Shown here in pieces: positions 1 through 9,654 of a stretch of 45,909 nucleotides of DNA. Numbering within the stretch: position 1 is the stretch's first letter; each line of letters begins with the position of its first letter. The stretch covers positions 1 through 45,909 of the forward strand of contig CAZYEE010000002.1 of assembly GCA_964646355.1 (NCBI GenBank). The letters are read 5' to 3'. The position numbers and the translations under genes are program-made. The stretch is from an uncultured archaeon (lineage in GTDB: Archaea > Asgardarchaeota > Lokiarchaeia > Helarchaeales > HEL-GB-B). The notes beneath the pieces were generated by a model. It made no database searches, was not told the origin of the DNA, and was given only the letters and a program-made list of their open reading frames with translations.

Positions 1-221
1 ATCATATAATATTAAATGTTTTTGATAAAAATTTAGAAAAAAAATTTATATTATAATAATTAAAATAATACAATTAACTGTTCCCTCTTATATTAAGCTA
101 AAAGGCTGGAAAATATGTAAAAAATTTTTCAAAAGTTTATATCGTTCTTGTAAAATGTTAGTTTTTTAGTAAAAATTATATTATAAAAAGTATAAACTTT
201 ATTCAGTTAATAGATAAATAG

Positions 222-1958
222 GTGTTTTTATTGCCAGATACATCAGATCCAATTAATTCGTTTATTAACGAATTCTCAAAAATTTTCCCAGAGAATATTA
301 GAGATATTTCAATTATAGAGGAATTTATTCAAAATAAAATACCTGGTAAAATCAAGAAGAACTCTGAATTAAAAAAAGAATATAAAACTCTGTTAACAAA
401 ATTTAACGATTTACTCAATGAAATTAAAAATAAACTTAATGATTTAAGAAAAAAATCTAAAAACGTTGATGATTTATCATCAGAACTTAAAGAACTAAAA
501 AAATATGCTTTTGAAAAAAGACTTGATATATTACAAAAGTTGAATCAAATAGCTGAAAAATTAGAAACAAAAGATACTGATTCTATAGAAGAAATTATAA
601 TTCAAGAGGAAAGTTCTATCGAAGCAAAAGTTAATTTAGAAAATTCTGAAATAGAGGAAAAAGGACCAATTGAGAATTTAGAAAAAATTCAGAGTGAGGA
701 AAAAATTTTAGATGTCAAGACTTCATCAAAGGAAAAAGAAGAAGAATTTGTAATAGAAGATAAAATTTCAGAAGAAATTGAAGTAAAAACTGATGAAGCA
801 ATAGAAAATATATCAGAAACATCTGAAATTAGTGATGAAACTGTTGAAATTCCAGATAAAGTTCCTGAGAATTTAGAAATTGAAGCTAAATTAACTGAGA
901 TACCCGAAATTGAGAGCGAGACCATCGAATCTTCAGAAGCTCCGCTTGAAGTCCCTGAAATTGAAGGCGAACCTATTGAAGTCCCAGAAGCTCCGCTTAA
1001 AGTCCCTGAAATCGAGGGCGAACCTATTGAAGTCCCAGAAGCTCCACTTGAAGTCCCTGAAATCGAGGGCGAACCTATTGAAATCCCAGAAGCTCCACTT
1101 GAAGTCCCTGAAATTGGGGGCGAACCTATCGAAGTCCCAGAAGCTCCACTTGAAGTCCCTGAAATTGAGGGCGAACCCATTGAAATCCCAGAAATTCCTG
1201 AACCACCAGTTCCTATAGAAAAACATTTAGAAACAAGTGCATCTTCAATAGAATCAGAACCTACGCCTGGTATAAGTTCTGTCAAGATAACTCAAGAAAT
1301 TAAAAACCAAGAATTACCAAAAACTATTGAGATAGAAAAGAAAAAAGAAGAGAAGAAATTAATAACAGAAGTACCAAGACCGTTTCTATCAGAAACATCA
1401 CCAAGAGAAATAATAGAATCAGTAATTAGAAATAATCCTGAAATAGCTAAATTATTAAATAAAAGAGAAAGTGTTATGGAGTTTAATGTATTATATAAAA
1501 AAGCATTAGAAAAAATAGGAAAGAATGATTTTGATAAAGCATTAAATTTATTGGAAGAATGTCTAAAAGAATCAGTATTATCTAAAGAAGATAAAAGAAG
1601 AAAAGATGTAAATGATAAGATTAGAGAAGTTTGTAGAAAATTAGCCAAAAAATATTATGATATAGGAATGCAAAATTATAAGAATAAGAATTTTAACGAA
1701 ACTATTAAAAATTGGAAAAAATCGCAAGTATATTATAAAAAATTAGGACAAACAAGCAAAGTTAATGAATTAAAAAAATCGATTGAAAAAATTATGAAGA
1801 AATATGGTGTTGGTACAAAAGAGGATATGGAGATCGTCGTAGCGGAAGAGTCGGATAAATCAAAAGTTGCAAAAGTATGTCCAAAATGCAAAAGCCAATT
1901 AGAGTTTATTGTACAATATCAGCGGTTCTACTGTCGTAATTGTAAGAAATATGTTTAA
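222..1958 (+). CDS. Acidic repeat protein with helical (TPR-like) C-terminal region and terminal C4 zinc ribbon; function unknown
   Basis: 578-codon ORF with a GTG start. The N-terminus is K/E-rich and coiled-coil-like. The centre holds tandem 17-aa units EAPLEVPEIEGEPIE(V/I)P. The C-terminus has CPKC...x16...CRNC. No recognisable enzymatic motif. Confidence 0.75.
   Translation: MFLLPDTSDPINSFINEFSKIFPENIRDISIIEEFIQNKIPGKIKKNSELKKEYKTLLTKFNDLLNEIKNKLNDLRKKSKNVDDLSSELKELKKYAFEKRLDILQKLNQIAEKLETKDTDSIEEIIIQEESSIEAKVNLENSEIEEKGPIENLEKIQSEEKILDVKTSSKEKEEEFVIEDKISEEIEVKTDEAIENISETSEISDETVEIPDKVPENLEIEAKLTEIPEIESETIESSEAPLEVPEIEGEPIEVPEAPLKVPEIEGEPIEVPEAPLEVPEIEGEPIEIPEAPLEVPEIGGEPIEVPEAPLEVPEIEGEPIEIPEIPEPPVPIEKHLETSASSIESEPTPGISSVKITQEIKNQELPKTIEIEKKKEEKKLITEVPRPFLSETSPREIIESVIRNNPEIAKLLNKRESVMEFNVLYKKALEKIGKNDFDKALNLLEECLKESVLSKEDKRRKDVNDKIREVCRKLAKKYYDIGMQNYKNKNFNETIKNWKKSQVYYKKLGQTSKVNELKKSIEKIMKKYGVGTKEDMEIVVAEESDKSKVAKVCPKCKSQLEFIVQYQRFYCRNCKKYV
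936..1190 (+). repeat. Five head-to-tail copies of a 51-bp (17-codon) tandem repeat inside the 222..1958 CDS, with degenerate partial copies on both flanks (about 900-935 and 1191-1210)
   Basis: Units start at 936, 987, 1038, 1089 and 1140 (gaagctcc[g/a]cttgaagtccctgaaat...). Only a few substitutions separate the copies. The period is a multiple of 3, so the reading frame is kept. Confidence 0.95.
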
Positions 1959-2118
1959 TGAAAAAATAAAGAAATAGGAAAAATAGGATTCTAATTTTAT
2001 ATATTTCCAATTCTTATTGACTATTTTGAATATTTGATTAATAATTAAATTAATAACATCAAATTAGATTCAATATTAAAAAATTAATAAAAAATAACCG
2101 AGTGATTTAACACTGAAA

Positions 2119-3051
2119 ATGCAACCATATTTAGATAGATATAATCGTCCCATTGATAATATTAGAATTGCGATAACAAATAGATGTAATTTAAATTGTG
2201 TATATTGCCATAGAGAGGGAAATGATTCTGGCAATATAGATGAGATGAGTTCAGATGAGATTGCTAAAATAATAAATATTGCTACTGATTTTGGTATAAA
2301 ATATGTGAAGATAACGGGAGGAGAGCCATTAATTAGGAGTGATATTTTAGAGATTATTACAAAAATAAGAGAAATTCCATTAATAAAAAATATTTCACTA
2401 GTAACAAATGGAATCTTGTTGGGCCCACTGGCAGAAAAACTGAAGCATGCAGGACTTGATAGGGTTAACATAAGTTTGGACACCCTAGACCCTTGTAAAT
2501 TTTCAAATATTACACAAATGGATGAAAAAAATCATAAAAAAATCTTGGATGGTGTTATAAAAGCAATAAAAGCTGGGCTTACTCCTTTAAAGATAAATAT
2601 GGTCATGCTTAAAAGTATAAATGAAGAAGAGTTTGAGGAAATGTATAATTTTACAAAAGAAAATGGTTGTATATTACAATGTATTGAATTGATTCCATTA
2701 AAAAACGGTAGAGATTTTTTTAATGAACATGTAGATTTGAAAAAACTTGAGAATGAAGTTAGACAGAAAGCGCAAAAAATTATTGTCAGAAGAATGCAAA
2801 AAAGGAGAAAATACTTCTTAAGAGATGGAGGGATAATAGAATTTGTATCTCCATTTCATAATTCAGAATTTTGCAAAAATTGTACAAAAATTAGGTTGAC
2901 AAGTGATGGAAAATTAAAGCCATGTCTCCTTAGAAATGACAATTTGGTTGATATTATAAGTCCACTGAGGAATGGAGCGTCAAATGAGGAACTTAAGGAA
3001 GTTTTTCGACGTGCGATTGATTTAAGGGAACCTTTTTATAAAGATGAATAA
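2119..3051 (+). CDS. moaA: GTP 3',8-cyclase MoaA (radical SAM, molybdopterin biosynthesis)
   Basis: N-terminal radical-SAM cluster motif CNLNCVYCH (CxxxCxxC). Also GGEPL, and C-terminal CxxC...C (CKNCTKIRLTSDGKLKPCL), typical of the MoaA second cluster. 310 aa. Confidence 0.9.
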   Translation: MQPYLDRYNRPIDNIRIAITNRCNLNCVYCHREGNDSGNIDEMSSDEIAKIINIATDFGIKYVKITGGEPLIRSDILEIITKIREIPLIKNISLVTNGILLGPLAEKLKHAGLDRVNISLDTLDPCKFSNITQMDEKNHKKILDGVIKAIKAGLTPLKINMVMLKSINEEEFEEMYNFTKENGCILQCIELIPLKNGRDFFNEHVDLKKLENEVRQKAQKIIVRRMQKRRKYFLRDGGIIEFVSPFHNSEFCKNCTKIRLTSDGKLKPCLLRNDNLVDIISPLRNGASNEELKEVFRRAIDLREPFYKDE

Positions 3052-3201
3052 AAATGGAAAATAATAAAATTAAATGAATTAAATAAGTATATTGATTTAT
3101 GATAATAGATGAAATTAAGTTTACATTAAAAATTAGGTGGATACTAAAGCTATTATTTAAAAATAAAAAAGATGGCGGTTCTAATTTTTCTTATCTTAAA
3201 A

Positions 3202-4452
3202 CTATTCCCTAAAACTCATTTTTGATAATTTATTTTCAACTACTTCTTTAGCGCTAATCCATTTGTTTAATTCTTCAGCCATTTTGTTTTCATAAGGAGT
3301 GCCTTTAAATACCTGAGAATTATCATTGATCCATTTTTGGAGATCGCGGTCATATGCTTCTAGGGAATTTTTAATTTCAACACAACGTGAAGATATTAAT
3401 TCCATAAATTCGCCCAACATGCTCATATAATAGTTAATGCTTTCCTCGATATTCTTTTTCATCTCAATATACATATTATTTAGTTGATCCATTCGTTCTG
3501 TAGAGATTATTTCTTCTGGAGCTGCCACTTCTTCTGGGAAGAGCTGTTTAAACAAAATATTTACAGTTTCTATAAATTTTTGTGATTTCTCGTCCCCATA
3601 TTCACGTTCGATATTTTTAATCATGTATTTTACTTCTGAGAGGATTGGAATAAAGCCATTTTTTAGATCGAATAGTGTAAGATATACTAAAGGTTCAACA
3701 CCTTCCATGGATCCAGCATGGGCAGTCAAGAAACCTTTATTTTGGCTGGTAAATACAGTAGTCATAACAGGAGAACCAAGTCCTGCATTTTCACCTTTTT
3801 CCTTAGCTATAGCATCTACAGCTAGTAAAGTACCGCCCAATTCTTCAGCATCCATATTGAAATCGGATCTATTTATATATGCGATAGGTAGTCCTAATTC
3901 ATTAGTTATACAATTAGCATAGACTGTAGGATTTCTAATTTCTTTAAATAATTCTTGTATAATGTCGAATGCTGAGTCATCTACGTTAAATGGGGGTACT
4001 CTGTCTCCCTCATATAACAAGGATATTGTGTTTTTTATTTTGCTAACATTTGAGAAATCATATCCATCTAATCCCAACTGATTGACCCATAAATCAATCA
4101 ATTCCCGTACTGCCGAATCAATAATCTCAGCATCAAGTATCCATCTCGTTTTATAATCTAATACCATTACTAGACTACCAATTCCTATATCCAATCCTAG
4201 AATGGCATATTCATCATAAAGAGATAGATGTAAGATGGATTTTCCCAAATTTAAAAATTCTACTATATCTTCAGTGCTCCTGAAAATCGATGCTTCAAGA
4301 GCTCCTATTCCCTCAATGGGTTTTGTTCTTAAGACTTTAGCTATAACTAAACCTACAGTATCAATCACAAGTATTTGTTTAATAGCCCTTGAACTTCTTA
4401 ATATTTTAGCTAAGGTTGTTTCAGGTGTTGCTGGCGCACTCATTTTTTTCAC
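3202..4452 (-). CDS. Protein with two Roadblock/LC7 (MglB-like) domains and a helical C-terminal domain
   Basis: Two segments fit the Roadblock pattern: about aa 20-120 (ILVIDTVGLVIAKV...SLVMVLD) and about aa 175-285 (NCITNELGLPIAYI...LVYLTLFD). That pattern is beta strands around a small-residue-rich helix, ending in G..hhhhh. The C-terminal 120 aa are predicted helical. The family call comes from pattern recognition only. Confidence 0.65.
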   Translation of the reverse strand: MKKMSAPATPETTLAKILRSSRAIKQILVIDTVGLVIAKVLRTKPIEGIGALEASIFRSTEDIVEFLNLGKSILHLSLYDEYAILGLDIGIGSLVMVLDYKTRWILDAEIIDSAVRELIDLWVNQLGLDGYDFSNVSKIKNTISLLYEGDRVPPFNVDDSAFDIIQELFKEIRNPTVYANCITNELGLPIAYINRSDFNMDAEELGGTLLAVDAIAKEKGENAGLGSPVMTTVFTSQNKGFLTAHAGSMEGVEPLVYLTLFDLKNGFIPILSEVKYMIKNIEREYGDEKSQKFIETVNILFKQLFPEEVAAPEEIISTERMDQLNNMYIEMKKNIEESINYYMSMLGEFMELISSRCVEIKNSLEAYDRDLQKWINDNSQVFKGTPYENKMAEELNKWISAKEVVENKLSKMSFRE

Positions 4453-4523
4453 TTTTCCCTAAATAAATTCATTCAAATAAAATAATTTAAACATAAATTA
4501 AATACTTTCGATTTTCTTAAAAA

Positions 4524-5126
4524 TCATAATTCCATCCCACAATAAGGACAGAATTTTGTTGCATCTTCGGGAAGCGTTTCACCACAAGTTGGGCAAATAC
4601 GGGATTTATGGGTTTCTAGATCTTCTTTTTCAGGTAATGAAGGTGATATTACAGTTTCTTGATTTATTTTAGGTGTTGAAGGAATTGGTTCTTTAACTAT
4701 GGGCGCTTGTTTTTGAGGGGGTGGAGGTGGTGTTTCAGAATCTTCCTCTATAACTAATTCTTTTTCCAACATTTTAGCTCTCGCATTTGATATTGCAGTC
4801 CATAAAATTGTAGCGATTTTACGGGGACGTTCTTTATGGGTTTTACAATATAATGTAAGATTAGTAGTTTCTCCAGTAGTACTCATCTTTAAATCAGTTA
4901 ATTCCTCCCCGCACCTACATTGATAAATATGTTTCGTTAAAATATCAATCCATTTTATCATATCTTCCATCGGTAACTTGATGGTTTTTTTATGACCTTT
5001 AATACATTTAGATATTACATTGGCGTTATCTTTTACAATTGTAACAATACCAGCTACTAAAGGATTTCCACAACGCTCACATGTAAAAAGTTCTGCGTAA
5101 TTACTCAAAACTGGCACCTTTCTCAT
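4524..5126 (-). CDS. Multi-zinc-ribbon protein with proline-rich linker; function unknown
   Basis: Two CxxCG...C..H modules (CERCG...CIKGH and CRCG...CKTH). These are followed by a PPPPPQ linker and a C-terminal double CxxC ribbon (CPTCGETLPEDATKFCPYCG). It lies 71 nt upstream of the Roadblock gene on the same strand. Confidence 0.7.
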   Translation of the reverse strand: MRKVPVLSNYAELFTCERCGNPLVAGIVTIVKDNANVISKCIKGHKKTIKLPMEDMIKWIDILTKHIYQCRCGEELTDLKMSTTGETTNLTLYCKTHKERPRKIATILWTAISNARAKMLEKELVIEEDSETPPPPPQKQAPIVKEPIPSTPKINQETVISPSLPEKEDLETHKSRICPTCGETLPEDATKFCPYCGMEL

Positions 5127-5276
5127 TTTATAAAAAGGTTTGCTTGTATTTATTTTAAATTAATGGCAATATCTTGATATTAAATAAGAAAATAATTTAA
5201 TTAAACTTTATGGAAAGACAATTGATAAAATCAAAAATAAAATAAGATAATCAATTGTTATTAAAATTATTGTTGA

Positions 5277-6725
5277 TTAATAATTAATCCATTCACTCTC
5301 AAATTTTTTACCTGGTTGTAGGATATTATTAGGATCAAATATTTTTTTTATTTTAAGCATATAATCGAGTGATTTACCATGTTCTAATCTGTTGAAACCA
5401 CCAAGTCGATCTCCATCACCAATATATGTAGACATTGTGCCCTCTTTTTCAATTGCCATTTCCGACATTTCTTTGACATAGCTATAAAAATTTCTGACTT
5501 TTTCTGGTGTTGAATCGTCTACAAACACGGCAAAAGATATGCTGGGTGAAATTCTATTCGGTCGTTCGTTATAAACGCACATACCCAAAATTTGAATGTC
5601 ATATTTACTGGCGATTTCATTATATTTTTCATAAGCATCTTGAATCCTACCTATTGGTATACCTAAATCTGCTGAACCAAATTTTTTGACCCTTTGAGAT
5701 TCAGGCCATTTTTGTACAAATGGTATCAAACTTAAAGTATGCTTGCTTGCCCACCATGAATCGATTATTTCTCGTTCTTTCACTATCTGTCCATTTGTCA
5801 GTATCTTTTTTGCATAATTTCTCGAAAAATCTACTACTTCTTTATCTCCATTAAAGGAAATGAAAAGTATAGAGCCAGCCCATTCTGGAATTTCAGGTTC
5901 TCTACCATATTTTTCTCTATAAGCTTGAGTATAAAATCCTAATCTAGACTTACAGTTAATATGAGCACTTTCTACACTTAGACCAGATTTAATTATCCGA
6001 TTAAGTCCATCAAGAGCATCTTGTATTGACCTAAAAAGATATCCATCTACTGCTCTTGTTTCTGGAATTGGAAAAATGTTGAGTGTAACTTCAGTAATAA
6101 TGCCCAGCGTGCCTTCTGCACCAATAAGCAACCAATGCAATTTATAACCAGTAGATGTACATAGAGCTTTTCTATGTCCTACCCTTAAAATCTCACCTGT
6201 ACCTGTTACTATCACGGCATTTAATAAAAAATCGACTGACCTACCATATTTGATTCCAAAAGTAGAATCATTATCACATGAGATTGCTGCACCTACTGTA
6301 CTTGAAGGTTTTGATTCAGGATCATGTGGCCACCATAAACCTTTTTTTTGGAGCGCTTCATTTAATTTCAATACAGTTATACCGGCTTGTGTTGTAACTG
6401 TAAGATTTTTTTCATCTATTTCAATAATCTTATTAAGACCCTTTGTTTCTAAGGCAATACCACCTTTTACTGGAACCGCTCCTCCACCCATGCCTGTAAG
6501 CCCTGCAATTGGAGTGACTGTAATTTTATATTTATTTGCAATTTTTAATACCTCAGAAACCTCTTCAGTAGTTGTTGGTCTAATAACGACATCCGGTAAA
6601 TGTGTATCATCCTTTGGTCGAGGAGACCAGTCTCTTGAATAAGCCATTAATTGAAAATCTTCTACTTTTACTTTATCAGTACCTAGTTTTTCTCTCAACT
6701 CATTTAAAACTTCAGTTGCCAGCAA
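5277..6725 (-). CDS. FAD-linked oxidase/dehydrogenase (GlcD / D-lactate dehydrogenase / PCMH family)
   Basis: FAD_binding_4-type N-terminal half (PDVVIRPTTTEEVSEVLKIANKYKITVTPIAGLTGMGGGAVP, EGTLGIITEVTL). 482 aa, TTG start. Confidence 0.85.
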   Translation of the reverse strand: MLATEVLNELREKLGTDKVKVEDFQLMAYSRDWSPRPKDDTHLPDVVIRPTTTEEVSEVLKIANKYKITVTPIAGLTGMGGGAVPVKGGIALETKGLNKIIEIDEKNLTVTTQAGITVLKLNEALQKKGLWWPHDPESKPSSTVGAAISCDNDSTFGIKYGRSVDFLLNAVIVTGTGEILRVGHRKALCTSTGYKLHWLLIGAEGTLGIITEVTLNIFPIPETRAVDGYLFRSIQDALDGLNRIIKSGLSVESAHINCKSRLGFYTQAYREKYGREPEIPEWAGSILFISFNGDKEVVDFSRNYAKKILTNGQIVKEREIIDSWWASKHTLSLIPFVQKWPESQRVKKFGSADLGIPIGRIQDAYEKYNEIASKYDIQILGMCVYNERPNRISPSISFAVFVDDSTPEKVRNFYSYVKEMSEMAIEKEGTMSTYIGDGDRLGGFNRLEHGKSLDYMLKIKKIFDPNNILQPGKKFESEWINY

Positions 6726-6795
6726 TCAATGCACCTCAATTGATTTTAATATTAAATGAATTACATATAAATTTAATTGAAGTTGAAGTTAATTG

Positions 6796-7551
6796 ATGAC
6801 ATATGTAATTTTTTTTATAGGATCAGCTGGAGCGGGCAAATCGAGTTTAGTATATAAATTTGGTGAATGGATTAAAAATAAGAGAAATGTGACTATAAAA
6901 CGGATTAATTTGGATCCAGGAGCGACAGTAATTCCATATAAACCCGATTTTAATATTAGAGATTATTTTACAGTCGAAGAAATAATGAGAAAAGAGAATT
7001 TAGGGCCAAATGGAGCTATAATAAAGTCAAATGAAATTTTATTAAAGAATTTTAATGAATATCTAAAAATTTTTGCAGACTTTGATTGCGAATATTTGTT
7101 ATTTGATACTCCAGGTCAACTTGAGCTTTTTATTTTTAAAGATATAGCATTAAAAATTTTGGAAATGCTCAGTAATAAATTTAGAGTCGTAGGTATTAAT
7201 ATAATTGATTCAAATTTAACAAGTAGTTCGACCGAGCTTGTTATTGCTCAGCTTATAAGTTTTGTTTTATCTTTTAAATTGGGAATTGAAATAACCACCA
7301 TAATTCATAAATCAGATTTAGAAAAACATGGTAGAATTGTAAAAATGTTAGAAAATAAAGAATATATGATTAAACAGATTAAAGAGGAAAAAGGTGTTAT
7401 GGCTGACCTTGTACTACCAATATTGGAGCATCTATCTACTCTTTGTCCACCTAGCAAGTTTATTTCTACTTCTATTTATAAGGACGAAGGTTTAGAAGAG
7501 TTATATGATCGAATTCATGAACATTTTTGCGCTTGTGGTGATTTAAGTTAA
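6796..7551 (+). CDS. GPN-loop GTPase
   Basis: P-loop GSAGAGKSS, GPN motif (NLGPNGA), DTPGQLE (G3) and HKSD (G4-like). The ORF track starts at TTG 6793, and an ATG follows immediately at 6796. Confidence 0.85.
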   Translation: MTYVIFFIGSAGAGKSSLVYKFGEWIKNKRNVTIKRINLDPGATVIPYKPDFNIRDYFTVEEIMRKENLGPNGAIIKSNEILLKNFNEYLKIFADFDCEYLLFDTPGQLELFIFKDIALKILEMLSNKFRVVGINIIDSNLTSSSTELVIAQLISFVLSFKLGIEITTIIHKSDLEKHGRIVKMLENKEYMIKQIKEEKGVMADLVLPILEHLSTLCPPSKFISTSIYKDEGLEELYDRIHEHFCACGDLS

Positions 7552-7652
7552 AAAGAAGTAAAATAAAAGAATAATAGAAATGAAACGAAAATGGAATAAA
7601 ATTAAGATAGAATTAGAATAGGAATCTCATAAAATTAATAATAAATTATCAA

Positions 7653-8405
7653 TTATCGATTGCAACAGATATTGCATTTTGGATTTCTTTTAATAGTAAT
7701 AGTTCTAAAACTCATAACTCTTCCATCAATTACAAGAAACTTCCCGATTAAATTTTCTCCTATTCCTGTAAGATATTTGATCGCTTCTGTAGCTTCAATA
7801 GATGCAGTAATTCCTACTGAAGCACCTAAAACTGGGAACTTTCCCATTGGAGGAGTGTCTTCAGGATAAAAGCATCCAAGACAAGGTGAATCTTGATGAT
7901 TTGGGTCTATAAACATCGCTCTACCTTCAAGTCCATAAATGGCACCATGAACCAGTGGAATTTTGTATTTCACGCAATTTTTGTTTATTAAAAACCTTGT
8001 TTTAAAATTATCAAGACAATCGATGACTAAATCAACATCAGAAATAAATTCATCTATATTGTCCTCGGATAAGGTAATCGCATGTCCATATATTTCAATA
8101 TCAGGGTTTAATTTTCTTAATTTTTTTTGGGCACTTAATGCTTTAGGCTTATTTAGATCATCCATATTATACAAAATCTGTCTATTTAAATTACTTAAAT
8201 CTAATTTATCGTGATCTACGATTGATATATGCCCAACCCCTGCTGCTGTTAAATATAATAGGACGAGTGATCCAAGACCTCCTGCTCCAACCACTAAAAC
8301 TTTGCTGTTTTTTAATTTTAATTGTCCTTCTTCTCCCCAATTTTTGATTATAATTTGTCTATCATATCGTTCTAGTTCATTTTTAGATAATTTTTCCATA
8401 TTCAC
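7653..8405 (-). CDS. ThiF/MoeB/UbaA-family adenylyltransferase (E1-like, sulfur-carrier activating)
   Basis: YDRQI...VLVVGAGGLGS Rossmann motif, D.D.LDLSNLNRQ, DCLDNF.TR, and zinc pairs CLGC ... CNIC. It sits beside thiI. Confidence 0.85.
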   Translation of the reverse strand: MNMEKLSKNELERYDRQIIIKNWGEEGQLKLKNSKVLVVGAGGLGSLVLLYLTAAGVGHISIVDHDKLDLSNLNRQILYNMDDLNKPKALSAQKKLRKLNPDIEIYGHAITLSEDNIDEFISDVDLVIDCLDNFKTRFLINKNCVKYKIPLVHGAIYGLEGRAMFIDPNHQDSPCLGCFYPEDTPPMGKFPVLGASVGITASIEATEAIKYLTGIGENLIGKFLVIDGRVMSFRTITIKRNPKCNICCNR

Positions 8406-8490
8406 TATTTTTTATCACCTAAATTCTTGTTTTCTAAATTATTTTGATTATAAATAATAAGAATTTATAAGAAATTAAAATAGTTTTGTT

Positions 8491-9654
8491 TCAGATTAAG
8501 ATTTTTTTCATGTTTTTTATTGAATTATTTATCAGATTGTCAATATCCAATGACGATTCAATTTCTATTATTTCGTCCAAATTTCCTTTAATTGTAGGAT
8601 TATCGGGTACTGCTTTACATGAAGCAGAATAAGTAATAGTTTGTTGGAATGTCCCTATTTTTTTAGCAATCTCGATAATTTCAGATTTGTCAAACCCTAA
8701 AAGCGGGCGAAATACTGGTAAATCAATGGTATTATCTAATATTTTTAGGTTATCAAGGGTTTGACTTGCTACTTGTCCTAAATTTTCGCCTGTAACTAAC
8801 GCTTTTGCTTTTATTCGTCTAGCTATTGCTTCAGATACTCGATACATCATCCTTTTACATAGAAGACAAATATATTTAGATGGTGCGTTATCCCAGAAAT
8901 ATTTGAGATTTGCACCATGAGGGATCACATATAAATAAAATTCATTTCGTGGATCATAAGTTCGGATTATTTTTAATACATTTATTACTTTATTTACATT
9001 ATCTTTTGGTAGATACGGATGATTATCAAAATATATTGGTCGAATATAACAACCGCGCTTCATCATGATCCACGCTGCTACTGGACTATCAATGCCCCCT
9101 GATATTAAACTGACAATTTTACCCTGAACTCCGATTGGAAGTCCTCCCATTCCTTTTATTTTTTCATTAAAAATGTACGACTTCCGATCTCTAATTTCGA
9201 TATAAATAATTTTTTTAGGATTTGAAAGATCAACGGAAATATTCCGATTTTTAAAATTTTTTAATATTTCACCACCTACAATTTTTGCGATGTCAGTTGA
9301 GGAATAATTGTGAGAACCGCTTCGCTTGACCCTTACTGCAAAAGTGTCATTTTTATCCAGTATCTTATCAGCCAATTGGATTGATAACTCAGTAATGGAT
9401 TCTACAGAATCAGTCCCCTCAACAACCTCGCTAAAAGATGTAATTCCGCTTACTTTTTTTAAAACAGAAGATATTTTGCTTGTTAAAGGAGCATATAAAA
9501 AGATTCTACCGCGTGTAGGCAAAAATATAATCTTATCAAATTCAATATTATTTTGTTTAAGCATATTTTTTATGTTTGAGACTAACATTCTTTCCCAGTT
9601 TATTCGTATTCGTTTGGTTTTAAGTGCAATTTCACCGTATCTAATTAGAATCAT
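8491..9654 (-). CDS. thiI: tRNA 4-thiouridine synthase / thiamine sulfur transferase ThiI (THUMP + PP-loop)
   Basis: N-terminus is IRYGEIALKTKRIR. The PP-loop is SGGIDSPVAAW. 387 aa, with no rhodanese extension. Confidence 0.9.
   Translation of the reverse strand: MILIRYGEIALKTKRIRINWERMLVSNIKNMLKQNNIEFDKIIFLPTRGRIFLYAPLTSKISSVLKKVSGITSFSEVVEGTDSVESITELSIQLADKILDKNDTFAVRVKRSGSHNYSSTDIAKIVGGEILKNFKNRNISVDLSNPKKIIYIEIRDRKSYIFNEKIKGMGGLPIGVQGKIVSLISGGIDSPVAAWIMMKRGCYIRPIYFDNHPYLPKDNVNKVINVLKIIRTYDPRNEFYLYVIPHGANLKYFWDNAPSKYICLLCKRMMYRVSEAIARRIKAKALVTGENLGQVASQTLDNLKILDNTIDLPVFRPLLGFDKSEIIEIAKKIGTFQQTITYSASCKAVPDNPTIKGNLDEIIEIESSLDIDNLINNSIKNMKKILI

Noticed and set aside
936-1190. Possible CRISPR array, given regular direct repeats
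   Set aside because: The repeats are contiguous with no spacers. The period is 51 bp, a multiple of 3, and lies inside an open reading frame. No cas genes are present.
689-1285. Long ORFs 689..1285 (-), 910..1218 (+) and 933..1226 (-) overlapping the 222..1958 gene
   Set aside because: They are generated by the 51-bp tandem repeat being stop-free in several frames. Their products are low-complexity periodic strings (SGTSSGASGTSIGSP..., LKSQKLRLKSLK...) and they lie wholly within a longer, better-supported CDS.
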